Positions 28,598 to 37,918 of a stretch of DNA of 48,023 nucleotides are shown here, piece after piece. How positions within the stretch are numbered: position 1 is the first letter of the stretch; every line of letters begins with the position of its first letter. Below the pieces are notes generated by a model. That model did not search any database. It saw only the letters and a program-made list of their open reading frames with translations, and was not told the origin of the DNA. Origin of the DNA: Candidatus Atribacteria bacterium (GTDB taxonomy: Bacteria > Atribacterota > Atribacteria > Atribacterales > Atribacteraceae); contig PWXL01000114.1 in NCBI GenBank assembly GCA_003561145.1, positions 1-48,023 of the forward strand, written 5' to 3'. Position numbers and translations under genes: made by a program.

Positions 28598-29673
28598 GCA
28601 AGGATATCATTACAGCGATAGAGCAAATTGAGAGAATGAAGGGAATCCCGCGGGAAACTCTTACCCAGGCGGTTGAGGCCGCCCTTCTTTCCGCTTACAG
28701 GAAAAATTTTCGGACTTCCCACAAAGGGGTATCAGTGGTTTTAGACCCTCACACGGGGCAAGTGCATGTATTTGCCAGGAAGACCATAGTCAAGGAAGTG
28801 AAAGATTCCACCGTTGAAATGAGCCAGGCAGAGGCCAGCCGTTTATTCCCCTCCAGCAGGTTGGGAGATGAGGTAGAAGCTGAAATTACTCCCAGGGATT
28901 TCGGGCGTATATCCGCACAAACCGCTAAACAGGTAATCATGCAGCGGATCAGGGAGGCGGAGCGCACCATGGTCTTTGACGAATTCTCTGATCGTGAAGA
29001 GGATATTGTAACCGGTATCATAAGCAGAAAAGAAGGACGTAATGTCATTGTCGATTTAGAGCGAACAGAAGCGCATTTACCTCCGCACGAGCAGGTACAC
29101 TCGGAAAACTACCGCATTGGATCAAGAATGAAATTCTATATCGTGGAAGTTCGCAAAACCTCAAAAGGACCGCATATTGCCCTTTCCCGCACCCATCCGG
29201 GCCTGGTGAAGCGTTTGTTCGAACTGGAAGTTCCCGAGGTGCAGGAGGGCTTCGTTGATATCAAGGCTTTGGCCAGAGAACCGGGGACACGAACAAAGAT
29301 AGCGGTAGAAAGCCGGGATGAAAAAATTGACCCCGTTGGTTCTTGTATAGGCAACAAGGGATCAAGAGTACGGCATATCACAGATGAACTGAGAGGAGAA
29401 AAAATCGATATAATCCGGTGGAATGAAGATCCGAAAGTATTTATAGCCGATGCCTTGAGTCCCGCCAGGGTAGCGCTTGTCGAGCTGAATGAAAATACGA
29501 GGATAGCCTCAATATATGTTCCCGAAGATCAACTGTCACTGGCTATCGGAAAAGAAGGACAAAATGCACGATTGGCTGCCAGGTTGACAAGCTGGAAAAT
29601 AGATATTAAAGGTTGGAATCCGCAAAGAGAGGCGGGTGAAGGAAGTGGCCGGAAAGAAGAAAAGACCCGTTAG
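28594..29673 (+). CDS. nusA: transcription termination/antitermination factor NusA
   Basis: MSKDIITAIEQIERMKGIPRETL N-terminus, S1 and two KH domains (GTRTKIAV, IGNKGSRVRHI, LAIGKEGQNARLAARLT). ATG 28594 lies 7 nt after GGAGG and forms an ATGA overlap with rimP. Confidence 0.95.
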   Translation: MSKDIITAIEQIERMKGIPRETLTQAVEAALLSAYRKNFRTSHKGVSVVLDPHTGQVHVFARKTIVKEVKDSTVEMSQAEASRLFPSSRLGDEVEAEITPRDFGRISAQTAKQVIMQRIREAERTMVFDEFSDREEDIVTGIISRKEGRNVIVDLERTEAHLPPHEQVHSENYRIGSRMKFYIVEVRKTSKGPHIALSRTHPGLVKRLFELEVPEVQEGFVDIKALAREPGTRTKIAVESRDEKIDPVGSCIGNKGSRVRHITDELRGEKIDIIRWNEDPKVFIADALSPARVALVELNENTRIASIYVPEDQLSLAIGKEGQNARLAARLTSWKIDIKGWNPQREAGEGSGRKEEKTR

Positions 29674-29959
29674 ATTGTGCCTGGGATGCAGGAACCGGAG
29701 AGAGAAAAAAGCCATGGTGCGCATCATTCGCACACCAGCGGGAATGTTTGAAGTGGATACGACCGGGAAAAAATCAGGCCGCGGAACGTACGTTTGCCCG
29801 GAAACCGCTTGTGTGCGAAAAATAAACAGGAAAAACCTTTCTTTGGCCCTGAAGGATAACCTGGGAGAGGCGGAGGTAAAAAAAATACAAGAGGAGCTTC
29901 TTCGGGTTACGAATTTCCAACAGGAGGAGGTCAGGTATGGCAAAAGTTCGAATATATAA
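29636..29959 (+). CDS. ylxR: YlxR/RnpM family (DUF448) RNA-binding protein
   Basis: RPVRLCLGCRNRREKKAMVRIIR...VDTTGKKSGRGTYVCPETAC matches the YlxR pattern, and the gene sits between nusA and infB. The start is uncertain (GTG 29636 or 29645). It overlaps both neighbours. Confidence 0.8.
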   Translation: MKEVAGKKKRPVRLCLGCRNRREKKAMVRIIRTPAGMFEVDTTGKKSGRGTYVCPETACVRKINRKNLSLALKDNLGEAEVKKIQEELLRVTNFQQEEVRYGKSSNI

Positions 29960-31865
29960 AATTGCAGAACAGCTGGGAATGCCCACCCATGACGTTATAG
30001 AAATGTTGCGGGGCCTTGGAGCCGACGTTAAAAACCATATGAGCGGGATTGACGAAGAACTTATAGAACTTTTACGGGATGAACTACGGTTTCAGAGAAA
30101 AAAAGCAGAGGAGACACGCCGGCGCAAAGAGCGTACCCTGACTATTCAGGAACTCCTTCCCCTGAAGGAAATCCCCCGCTTGCTTGACACATCTTTAGAT
30201 GATTTGGTGAGTGAGCTCGCAGATAAGTACGTGGTTTTTGACATGAACAAACCACTGCCACCGCTTGTATTGGAAAGGTTGGTCCGTTCACGGGGCTGGG
30301 AGGTGGAGTGGAAGGACGGCCTGCGGGAAACAGCCGTGCAGTCTCTCGTGGCTCAGATAGGGACTCGTCCACCCATAGTTGCCATACTTGGTCACGTAGA
30401 CCATGGAAAAACCACGCTTCTGGATGGTATTCGCCAATCACGTGTTGCTGCTGCAGAGGTCGGTGGAATTACCCAGAAAATAGGGGCTTACCAAATAGAG
30501 GTAGCAGGGAGAAAAATCACCTTTATTGATACCCCGGGACACGAGGCATTCACAACCATGAGGGCGAGGGGAGCCCAGGTGACCGATATAGCTATTTTGG
30601 TTGTAGCAGCTGATGACGGGGTAATGCCTCAAACTGTCGAAGCTATCCAACATGCACAAGCAGCTGAAGTGACTCTTCTGGTGGCCATCAATAAAGTCGA
30701 TAAGATGGGAGTGAATCCGGATAGAGTCAAACAACAACTATCCGAACACGGGGTTATACCCGAAGACTGGGGTGGTGACGTCATTTGTGTCAACATCTCT
30801 GCTTTACAAAAAAAAGGCATCGAGGAGCTCCTTGAAATGGTTCTTTTGCAGGCAGACCTGTTGGAGCTGACCGCCAGAATTGACGGCTTCGCACTTGGAA
30901 CCGTTATAGAATCCAGGCTGGACCGGGGCAAGGGACCTGTTGCAACGGTCCTTGTTAAAGAAGGAACAATACGGGTGGGTGATTCATTTATTGCCGGGTC
31001 TACCTGGGGAAGGGTACGGGTACTGGCCAATGACCTGGGAAAGCCCGTGAAAGAAGCGGGCCCTGCTGTACCGGTGGAAGTAGCAGGTTTTTCCGACCTT
31101 CCACCTGCCGGTACCAGGATCATGGTCGTGGAAGACGACAAGATCGCCCGTCTGATCGGGGAAAAAAGAATGAAAGCCGAAAGGGAGAAAAATCTGGTAG
31201 GAACCGGTGTGCATAAAACCACTCTGGAGGATTTGCTGGAACCCGATGAACAGGGGGAAAAAGAGCTGAATATTGTTCTCAAAGCAGATTTACAGGGTTC
31301 GGCAGAAGCTATCGAGAAAGCTCTCTCACGGCTTGGAGACAAGGATGTGGCCATACGTTTTATTGCCAAAGGGGTTGGAAACATCAATGAAGCTGACATC
31401 ATGTTGGCCTCGGCTTCTTCCGGAATAGTGATCGGCTTTAATGCAAAAGCCTCTCAAGAAGTTTTGCGGACTGCCAAGAGAGAAGGAGTTGATGTGAGAA
31501 CCTATCGTATCATTTACGACGTGATAGACGATATTGAGCATGCAGTAAAGGGTATGGCTGTTCCTGTAATGGAGGAAGCAGCATTAGGCAAAGCCGATGT
31601 CAGGGCTGTATTCAAGATTCCGCGCTCCGGAACAATTGCAGGAAGTTACGTAACGGAGGGGAAGGTTGACCGGGGATCTCTCGTTCGGGTGATCCGCAGA
31701 GGAGAAATACTGGCGGAAGGTGAACGGATAGCTTCTCTCAAGCGCTTTAAGGATGATGTCCGGGAAGTCACCATGGGATATGAGTGCGGTATAGGATTGG
31801 AAAATTTTCAGGATTACGAAGAAGGGGATATATTGGAGGTATACCAGATACGGGAGAAGAAATGA
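29937..31865 (+). CDS. infB: translation initiation factor IF-2 (short form)
   Basis: [16 protein letters not shown]-terminus, G domain [12 protein letters not shown] / DTPGHEAF / NKVD, and C-terminal domains. AGGAGGAGG lies upstream of the start. Confidence 0.95.
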   Translation: MAKVRIYKIAEQLGMPTHDVIEMLRGLGADVKNHMSGIDEELIELLRDELRFQRKKAEETRRRKERTLTIQELLPLKEIPRLLDTSLDDLVSELADKYVVFDMNKPLPPLVLERLVRSRGWEVEWKDGLRETAVQSLVAQIGTRPPIVAILGHVDHGKTTLLDGIRQSRVAAAEVGGITQKIGAYQIEVAGRKITFIDTPGHEAFTTMRARGAQVTDIAILVVAADDGVMPQTVEAIQHAQAAEVTLLVAINKVDKMGVNPDRVKQQLSEHGVIPEDWGGDVICVNISALQKKGIEELLEMVLLQADLLELTARIDGFALGTVIESRLDRGKGPVATVLVKEGTIRVGDSFIAGSTWGRVRVLANDLGKPVKEAGPAVPVEVAGFSDLPPAGTRIMVVEDDKIARLIGEKRMKAEREKNLVGTGVHKTTLEDLLEPDEQGEKELNIVLKADLQGSAEAIEKALSRLGDKDVAIRFIAKGVGNINEADIMLASASSGIVIGFNAKASQEVLRTAKREGVDVRTYRIIYDVIDDIEHAVKGMAVPVMEEAALGKADVRAVFKIPRSGTIAGSYVTEGKVDRGSLVRVIRRGEILAEGERIASLKRFKDDVREVTMGYECGIGLENFQDYEEGDILEVYQIREKK

Positions 31866-32143
31866 GGGTTGGAGTTTGCCGGATTGATATTCTCATTCAT
31901 CAAAGTTTTTCTCTCAAGGACAGGAGAAGGGTTATGAATTCTGTAAAACACAGGCTTCGGAACCGCTTTAATATTTCAGTTATTGAGGTATATGCGCAGA
32001 AGCTATGGGATAGGGGAAGTTTCGGGATTGCTCTGGTCGGGGAAGATGAAGAAGGAGTAAGGAAAGTTCTGGACCGTGTTCTGTGTTTTCTGGAGGAAGA
32101 CGATCGGCTTGAAGTTCTCCAGGTTACCATGGATGTGTACTGA
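31862..32143 (+). CDS. DUF503 (YlxP-like) protein
   Basis: 93 aa, [40 protein letters not shown]. The position between infB and rbfA is conserved. It forms an ATGA overlap with the infB stop. Confidence 0.78.
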   Translation: MRVGVCRIDILIHQSFSLKDRRRVMNSVKHRLRNRFNISVIEVYAQKLWDRGSFGIALVGEDEEGVRKVLDRVLCFLEEDDRLEVLQVTMDVY

Positions 32144-32200
32144 TATGAATATCCTGAGGGAAGTGTATCTTGAAATTTGCTGAAGAATGGTGGTTGATTC

Positions 32201-32569
32201 ATGAAAGAGCAAAGAATACAAAGAATTCAGGAGCTCATAAAAAGGGAGATTTCTGTAATTCTCCTTTCCGAGGTCGAGGATGAAAGGTTGAACCGCTTCA
32301 CCATAACCAAAGTTGAAGTGACCCCGGACCTGAGAATGGGAAGAGTGTATATCAGTTTCCCCGGTACTCCCGGTGAAGTCACAGAAAAATTCGAAGCCCT
32401 GGAAAAAGCTTCAGGATTCATTAAAGGAGCATTGTCCCGCCGTATACATATCAAGTTTATGCCGGATATCGTCTTTATGCCTGATGCAACAATGGACAAA
32501 GCATCTCATGTGCTTGACTTGTTGCATCGAATCAGTCAAAAAAAGAAGAATACGGATCAAGATCAATGA
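32201..32569 (+). CDS. rbfA: ribosome-binding factor A
   Basis: RIQRIQELIKREISVILLSEVEDERL...ITKVEVTPDLRMGRVYIS. Confidence 0.93.
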   Translation: MKEQRIQRIQELIKREISVILLSEVEDERLNRFTITKVEVTPDLRMGRVYISFPGTPGEVTEKFEALEKASGFIKGALSRRIHIKFMPDIVFMPDATMDKASHVLDLLHRISQKKKNTDQDQ

Positions 32570-33591
32570 AAGCCGAAACAGTGTGCTCCTTTTTGAAAAA
32601 AAACAAAAGATTTCTTATTTCATCACATCAGAATATTGATGGTGACGGGTTGGGTTCAATGCTCGCAACCAGGAACCTTTTGCGCGCAATGGGAAAAGAG
32701 ACATGTATGGTATATGATGGGAACATTCCGTATTATTACCTTTTTTTGCCTGGTGTTGAAGACATTGCCTCCTATGAAGAGTATGAAAGGTCAAGCAGTG
32801 GTTTTCATTGGGATGTATGTGTAGTGGTGGACTGCTCGAATCCTGAAAGACTGGGCCGCACCGACCGGCTTCGCTTGGAAATAGCGAATGTAGTGAACAT
32901 TGACCACCACCCCGATAACTCAAACTATGGAACACTCAACTATGTTGATTATACATGTCCATCTTCCTCGCTCATGGTATATCGACTCGTCAAAGAATCC
33001 GCTGTTCCAATTGACTACGCTTTAGCCACGCAGGTTATGACGGGTTTCATCACCGATACCGGTGGCTTTCAATTCGTTGAGCTCGAGAGCGGACTGTTGT
33101 CACTGATGTCTGAGCTGGTGGAAGCAGGTGCATCAATCTCCACAATTATGCGATACGTGTTTAAATACCGCAGGTTCGAGGCATTGAAATTACTGGGCAG
33201 GGCATTACTTCACCTGGAATATGACGCACGGCATGGCTATGCCTTCACGTACCTTACCAGGCAGGATTTTCATGAATGCAATTCCCTGGAGGAAGATGTT
33301 GAAGGTATCGTTGATTATGGTCTGCATATTTCCGAAGCGGAAATGTCTGTTTTTCTCAAAGAAATGGAACCGGGTCTATTCAAGGTGAGCCTTCGTTCAC
33401 AGGGTCGAATAAACATTTTGCCTATTGCTCATCATTTTGGAGGAGGAGGGCATTTCAAGGCCGCCGGTTTCACATTACCGGGAGACTTACAACAGGCAAC
33501 CAGCCGTGTGAAGACTTTCCTGAAACATTTTTTTGAAGCAGACAATTCATATCTCTTACTGCGGAGCGAAACGTACCCCATGACGGAATGA
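32566..33591 (+). CDS. nrnA: DHH/DHHA1 phosphoesterase, NrnA-like oligoribonuclease/pAp phosphatase
   Basis: HQNIDGDGLGS, NIDHHPDN (DHH) and GGGGHFKAAG (DHHA1). The position between rbfA and truB is conserved. Confidence 0.8.
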   Translation: MKAETVCSFLKKNKRFLISSHQNIDGDGLGSMLATRNLLRAMGKETCMVYDGNIPYYYLFLPGVEDIASYEEYERSSSGFHWDVCVVVDCSNPERLGRTDRLRLEIANVVNIDHHPDNSNYGTLNYVDYTCPSSSLMVYRLVKESAVPIDYALATQVMTGFITDTGGFQFVELESGLLSLMSELVEAGASISTIMRYVFKYRRFEALKLLGRALLHLEYDARHGYAFTYLTRQDFHECNSLEEDVEGIVDYGLHISEAEMSVFLKEMEPGLFKVSLRSQGRINILPIAHHFGGGGHFKAAGFTLPGDLQQATSRVKTFLKHFFEADNSYLLLRSETYPMTE

Positions 33592-34481
33592 AACACACAG
33601 CTTCGGGAGGATTACTGAACCTCTATAAGCCGGTAGGAATAACGTCTCACGATCTTGTTGAGCGGGTTCGCGTTGTATTGGGAAAAAAGTGCGGCCATAC
33701 GGGGACTCTCGACCCTTTTGCTCGCGGGGTCGTTTTGGTGTGCTGGGGAAAGGCCACCAGGTTGGCCTCCTTTTTCAATGTATTGCCCAAGAGATACCGT
33801 GCCTGGATTCGTTTTGGAATGGAAACCGACACCTTTGATGTGAATGGAAAAATCACGCGGTTTTCCGACCGGCGCATACGGGAAGCAGAGGTCGTCGCGG
33901 CTACAAAAGAAATGCATGGTATTATCAAACAGGAGGTACCGGTATTTTCGGCACGCAAATTCCGTGGAAAACCATTATATGTCTATGCCAGGCGAGGCGA
34001 AGACATTCCGGTGTTTCACAAAACAGTATGTATCGAATACCTGCGCGTCGTTTCCTTCCGGGAAGGAGAATTTCCCTGGGCTGAGCTTGATGTGCTCTGT
34101 TCGAGCGGAACCTACTTGCGCAGCATTGCCGCGGAAGTGGGAAGAAAAGTTGGTTCATGTGCGTACCTTTTTTCTCTCCGCAGGGAAGGGATAGGTCGTT
34201 TTGATTGGACGGAGAGTGTGCCGGTTGAGGGGGCCACGGTGGATCGTGCACTACTGGCAAAGAAAACAATGCCTGCCGATGAATCGCTGTACTGGTTGGA
34301 TACCATACACTTGAACAGGGAAGCAGCACAGCGTTTTTCTTATGGAAACGAGGTGGAAAAAGTGTGGCCGGCAGAGACAGAAGGACATGCACGAGTATAC
34401 GGAAACGGTGTTTTTTTAGGAATCGGTGAGCCCGGCCGAAAAAAAGGTTCTGTGAAACCTGCGATTGTACTGGGTGGATGA
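33588..34481 (+). CDS. truB: tRNA pseudouridine(55) synthase
   Basis: GLLNLYKPVGITSHDLV...GHTGTLDPFARGVL motif with the catalytic Asp. Confidence 0.93.
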   Translation: MKHTASGGLLNLYKPVGITSHDLVERVRVVLGKKCGHTGTLDPFARGVVLVCWGKATRLASFFNVLPKRYRAWIRFGMETDTFDVNGKITRFSDRRIREAEVVAATKEMHGIIKQEVPVFSARKFRGKPLYVYARRGEDIPVFHKTVCIEYLRVVSFREGEFPWAELDVLCSSGTYLRSIAAEVGRKVGSCAYLFSLRREGIGRFDWTESVPVEGATVDRALLAKKTMPADESLYWLDTIHLNREAAQRFSYGNEVEKVWPAETEGHARVYGNGVFLGIGEPGRKKGSVKPAIVLGG

Positions 34482-35458
34482 AGCGCATGACACTATTGAA
34501 AGGAACACACACAGTTGATACACGTACCGTCCTTGCTCTTGGCTTTTTTGACGGAATTCATCGCGGCCACCGGGCGGTTTTGGATACAGCTGAAAAACAT
34601 GCCCGTCTCATGGAATGCCCATTGCAAGTCCTTACTTTTTATCCACATCCCCAACACCTGGTGAATGGAAGTGACTTTCGGTATCTCACTACCTACGGGG
34701 AAAAATTCCTGATATTGAGAAGTTTTTACACAGACTGTATTCTCCGTTTCATCAGGTTCGAAAAAACTCTCCGTGATATGAATCCGGAAAAATTTATAGG
34801 TTTTTTATCCAGCCGCTTTCAACCGGAAGCAGTGTACATAGGGGAAAATTTTCGTTTTGGTTACCGGGCCAGGGGAGACGCGGCGCTTTTACGAAATTCC
34901 TTAACAAAAGAGAACATATCGGTAGAGGTTGTTGCTACTGTTCGTGAAGAAGGGGAGGCGGTTTCCAGTTCAAGGATACGCAGCCTCCTCACCCGCGGGA
35001 AACTGGAAGAAGCAAACGCATTTCTGGGGTATCCCTATTCGATCCATGGTGTGGTACGAAAGGGGCAGAAGTTGGGAAGTACGCTCGGGTTCCCCACGGC
35101 CAATATTTACCCGTCTTCCCGGAAACTTTTACCGGGTCCGGGTGTGTATGCCGGGTATGCCCGGGGTAAAGATTTTTCCTGCCCGGCACTTGTATATGTA
35201 GGGACAAGGCCTACACTCGGGGGCATTGCATATCCGGTAACTGAAGCATACCTTCCCGGCTTGAAACAAGAAAATCTCTATGGGAAGAGGATGTGTTTTT
35301 CGTTTGTTGCTTTCATGAGAGAAGAGGTAAAATTTTCGTCATTGGAAGAGCTGCGGAAACAGATCTCATGCGATCTGGGGGCTCTTGAGCCCTATTTACA
35401 GCAATCTTCCCTTATGATACACTACAATTCGAACGTAGAAAAAATGGGGGTGTCGTAA
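34478..35458 (+). CDS. ribF: bifunctional riboflavin kinase / FMN adenylyltransferase
   Basis: LALGFFDGIHRGHRAVL, SSSRIRSLL, and kinase half GFPTANI...EAYL. ATGA overlap with truB. Confidence 0.9.
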   Translation: MKRMTLLKGTHTVDTRTVLALGFFDGIHRGHRAVLDTAEKHARLMECPLQVLTFYPHPQHLVNGSDFRYLTTYGEKFLILRSFYTDCILRFIRFEKTLRDMNPEKFIGFLSSRFQPEAVYIGENFRFGYRARGDAALLRNSLTKENISVEVVATVREEGEAVSSSRIRSLLTRGKLEEANAFLGYPYSIHGVVRKGQKLGSTLGFPTANIYPSSRKLLPGPGVYAGYARGKDFSCPALVYVGTRPTLGGIAYPVTEAYLPGLKQENLYGKRMCFSFVAFMREEVKFSSLEELRKQISCDLGALEPYLQQSSLMIHYNSNVEKMGVS

Positions 35459-35461
35459 ACT

Positions 35462-35731
35462 TTGGCGCTAACGAAAGATAAAAAAAGGGAAATAATCGAG
35501 AATCACAAGATCCACCAAGAAGACAACGGATCTCCTGAAGTTCAAATAGCTCTCTTGACGGAAAGTATCAGGGAACTCACAGAACACTTGAAAGTTCATT
35601 CCAAGGATTTTCATTCCCGCCGGGGGCTGTTCATAATGGTTGGTCAGCGTAGGCGGTTGTTGAATTATCTCAAAAAATACCATGTTGACCGGTATTTCTC
35701 AATCCTGGAAAAGCTGGGTTTACGAAAGTAA
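35462..35731 (+). CDS. rpsO: 30S ribosomal protein S15
   Basis: [53 protein letters not shown] start sits 9 nt after GGGGGTG. Confidence 0.95.
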   Translation: MALTKDKKREIIENHKIHQEDNGSPEVQIALLTESIRELTEHLKVHSKDFHSRRGLFIMVGQRRRLLNYLKKYHVDRYFSILEKLGLRK

Positions 35732-35803
35732 GAGGAGGTATGTATCATACTTAGAACAGAAATTCCATTTGGCGGCCAATCGTTAATAGTAGAAACCGGC
35801 AAG

Positions 35804-37894
35804 ATGGCCAAGCAGGCGTGGGGATCGGTCTGTGTCCGGTTGGGAGATACAGTGGTGTTAGTTACCGCCTCGGGCACGGAAGAGGCCAGAGACATTGATT
35901 TTACTCCCCTCTTAGTGGACTACGAGGAGAGGTTTTATGCAGCGGGGAAAATACCAGGTGGTTTTATTAAGCGAGAGGGCAGACCTCGCACAGATGCGAT
36001 TTTAAGCGCTAGGCTGATTGACCGTTCAATCCGGCCGCTTTTTCATGAATTGTACCGCAACGATACCCACGTTGTATCGACGGTTCTTTCGGTGGATGAA
36101 AGTAATCCTCCCGACGTCATATCCATCAACGGTGCATCTCTTGCCCTGGGGATATCCCAGATCCCGTTCGCGGGCCCGCTAGGAGCGTGCCGGGTGGGAA
36201 TGGTGAATAGTGAATATATATTGAACCCCTCATTGGACCAGTTAGAAGAGAGCGTGCTCGACATTGTGGTTGCGGGAACTGAGCAGGGAATTACCATGAT
36301 TGAATCGGGTGCCCGGGAAGCCGGCGAAGAGGAAGTGTATGGGGGGCTGGAGTTTGCCTACCGGCACATACTGAAGATTATCGAAGCACAACGAACGATA
36401 ATCGCTGAATGGGGTCTTCCCAAGCTGAAAGTCGTCTTACCTCCCCACCTGGAAGATATTCGTTCCTTTATCAGGGAAAAATACGAGGAACGAATCAAAG
36501 AAGCTGTTGCCATATCAGGAAAATCCGACAGGATGGTTGAGCTTCGGATGTTGGAGCAAGCTGCCAGGCAGGAAGCGGAGGAGCACTTTGATATAATGAC
36601 CGCCTTTGCGCCATCCTGGGAAAACCTGGTAAAAGAAAAGGTACGGGAATTGATATCCGAGGCCGGCCGCAGGCAAGATGGAAGACTCCCGAATGAAATC
36701 CGGGATATCAGTTGTGAAGTAGGAATATTCCCCCGCACCCATGGATCTGCACTCTTTACCCGGGGACAAACACAGGCATTGGCGATTACGACGTTAGGAG
36801 CTTCCAGCGAAGAACAAAGAGTAGATGGACTCCAAGATGAAGAAGCGAAGCGCTTTATGCTTCATTATAATTTTCCTCCCTTCAGTGTAGGAGAAGTCCG
36901 TCCCATGAGAGGTCCGGGAAGGAGAGAGATCGGTCATGGGGCACTTGCTGAAAGGGCACTGGAAATATTTCTTCCTCCCGAAAAAGAATTTCCCTATACT
37001 GTACGCGTGGTTTCAGAAATATTGGAGTCCAATGGTTCTTCTTCCATGGCCACGGTCTGCGGGAGCAGCCTTTCTCTCATGGATGCCGGTGTCCCTGTCC
37101 TTTCTTCGTGTGCGGGCTTGTCAATAGGCCTCATCAAGGATGGAAATCGAAACATATTGCTGATGGATATCCTGGGCTCGGAAGATCATTACGGAGAGAT
37201 GGATTTCAAGGTAGCGGGAAGCAGGAAGGGTATTACAGCCATTCAGCTTGACGTCAAGAACCAGGGTTTGGAGGTTGCATTGTTTCGAGATGCCCTCGCA
37301 CAGGCTCATGAAGGCCGTTTATATATACTGGACGTAATGGATACGGTTATTGAAAAGCCGCGCGGCACTCTTTCCACATTTGCTCCCAAAATCGGTATTC
37401 TGGAAATAAACCCGGAACGTATTGGTGCGGTCATAGGGCCGGGAGGCAAGGTAATCAAAAAAATTGTCGAAGAAACCGGAGCCGACATTGATATCCAGGA
37501 TGACGGGAGGATCGTTATTTTTTCCCGTTCCAGTGATGGGAAAGAAAAGGCCATGCAAATGATTCGGAATATCACCCAGGAAGTAGAAATCGGCAAGGTG
37601 TATCTGGGTAAGGTGGTCCGGATTACAGATTTCGGAGCGTTCGTAGAAATTTTTCCCGGCAAGGATGGCTTGTGCCATATATCACAATTTTCCCGGGAAA
37701 GGATCCGCCGGGTTGAGGATGTGGTAAAAGTCGGAGATGACCTTTTGGTCAAGGTCATCGGGGTTGATGGGATGGGAAAAGTCAGCCTCAGCCATAAGGA
37801 TGCGGTTGCGGAAACGGAAGGTAGCGGCCATGTACAGACACCGGAACACCGTGACCGCGTGAGAACGCGTTCAAGCTCCCGCCGGGGGAGGTAA
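35804..37894 (+). CDS. pnp: polynucleotide phosphorylase
   Basis: Two RNase PH domains, a KH domain (IGAVIGPGGKVIKKI) and an S1 domain (GKVVRITDFGAFVEI). The coordinates use the first canonical ATG. Conserved PNPase N-terminal sequence (LRTEIPFGGQSLIVETGK) continues in frame upstream to about 35744, so the real start is probably non-canonical (see findings). Confidence 0.93.
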   Translation: MAKQAWGSVCVRLGDTVVLVTASGTEEARDIDFTPLLVDYEERFYAAGKIPGGFIKREGRPRTDAILSARLIDRSIRPLFHELYRNDTHVVSTVLSVDESNPPDVISINGASLALGISQIPFAGPLGACRVGMVNSEYILNPSLDQLEESVLDIVVAGTEQGITMIESGAREAGEEEVYGGLEFAYRHILKIIEAQRTIIAEWGLPKLKVVLPPHLEDIRSFIREKYEERIKEAVAISGKSDRMVELRMLEQAARQEAEEHFDIMTAFAPSWENLVKEKVRELISEAGRRQDGRLPNEIRDISCEVGIFPRTHGSALFTRGQTQALAITTLGASSEEQRVDGLQDEEAKRFMLHYNFPPFSVGEVRPMRGPGRREIGHGALAERALEIFLPPEKEFPYTVRVVSEILESNGSSSMATVCGSSLSLMDAGVPVLSSCAGLSIGLIKDGNRNILLMDILGSEDHYGEMDFKVAGSRKGITAIQLDVKNQGLEVALFRDALAQAHEGRLYILDVMDTVIEKPRGTLSTFAPKIGILEINPERIGAVIGPGGKVIKKIVEETGADIDIQDDGRIVIFSRSSDGKEKAMQMIRNITQEVEIGKVYLGKVVRITDFGAFVEIFPGKDGLCHISQFSRERIRRVEDVVKVGDDLLVKVIGVDGMGKVSLSHKDAVAETEGSGHVQTPEHRDRVRTRSSSRRGR

Positions 37895-37918
37895 AAAAAC
37901 TGTTTTGCTGGGAATGCT

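Noticed and set aside
30629-31402. Long antisense ORFs inside real genes, for example 30629..31402 (257 aa, in infB), 37306..38028 (240 aa, pnp/ftsK), 11913..12617 (234 aa), 33925..34512, 43382..43969, 40254..40835, 13891..14460 and 45932..46441.
   Set aside because: They are Ser/Leu/Arg/Pro-rich low-complexity translations, typical of the antisense frame of Glu/Lys/Arg-rich genes. They have no SD or promoter, no recognisable motifs, and fully overlap strongly supported genes.
35740-35754. A programmed +1 frameshift (prfB-like) from the ATG 35740 mini-ORF (AUG UAU CAU ACU UAG) into the pnp frame.
   Set aside because: The slippery context differs from the RF2 CUU UGA C site. Re-pairing of tRNA-Thr from ACU to CUU is not favourable. 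The SD is 1 nt from the ATG rather than positioned to stimulate a shift. Non-canonical initiation, reinitiation after rpsO, or an assembly indel are simpler explanations.
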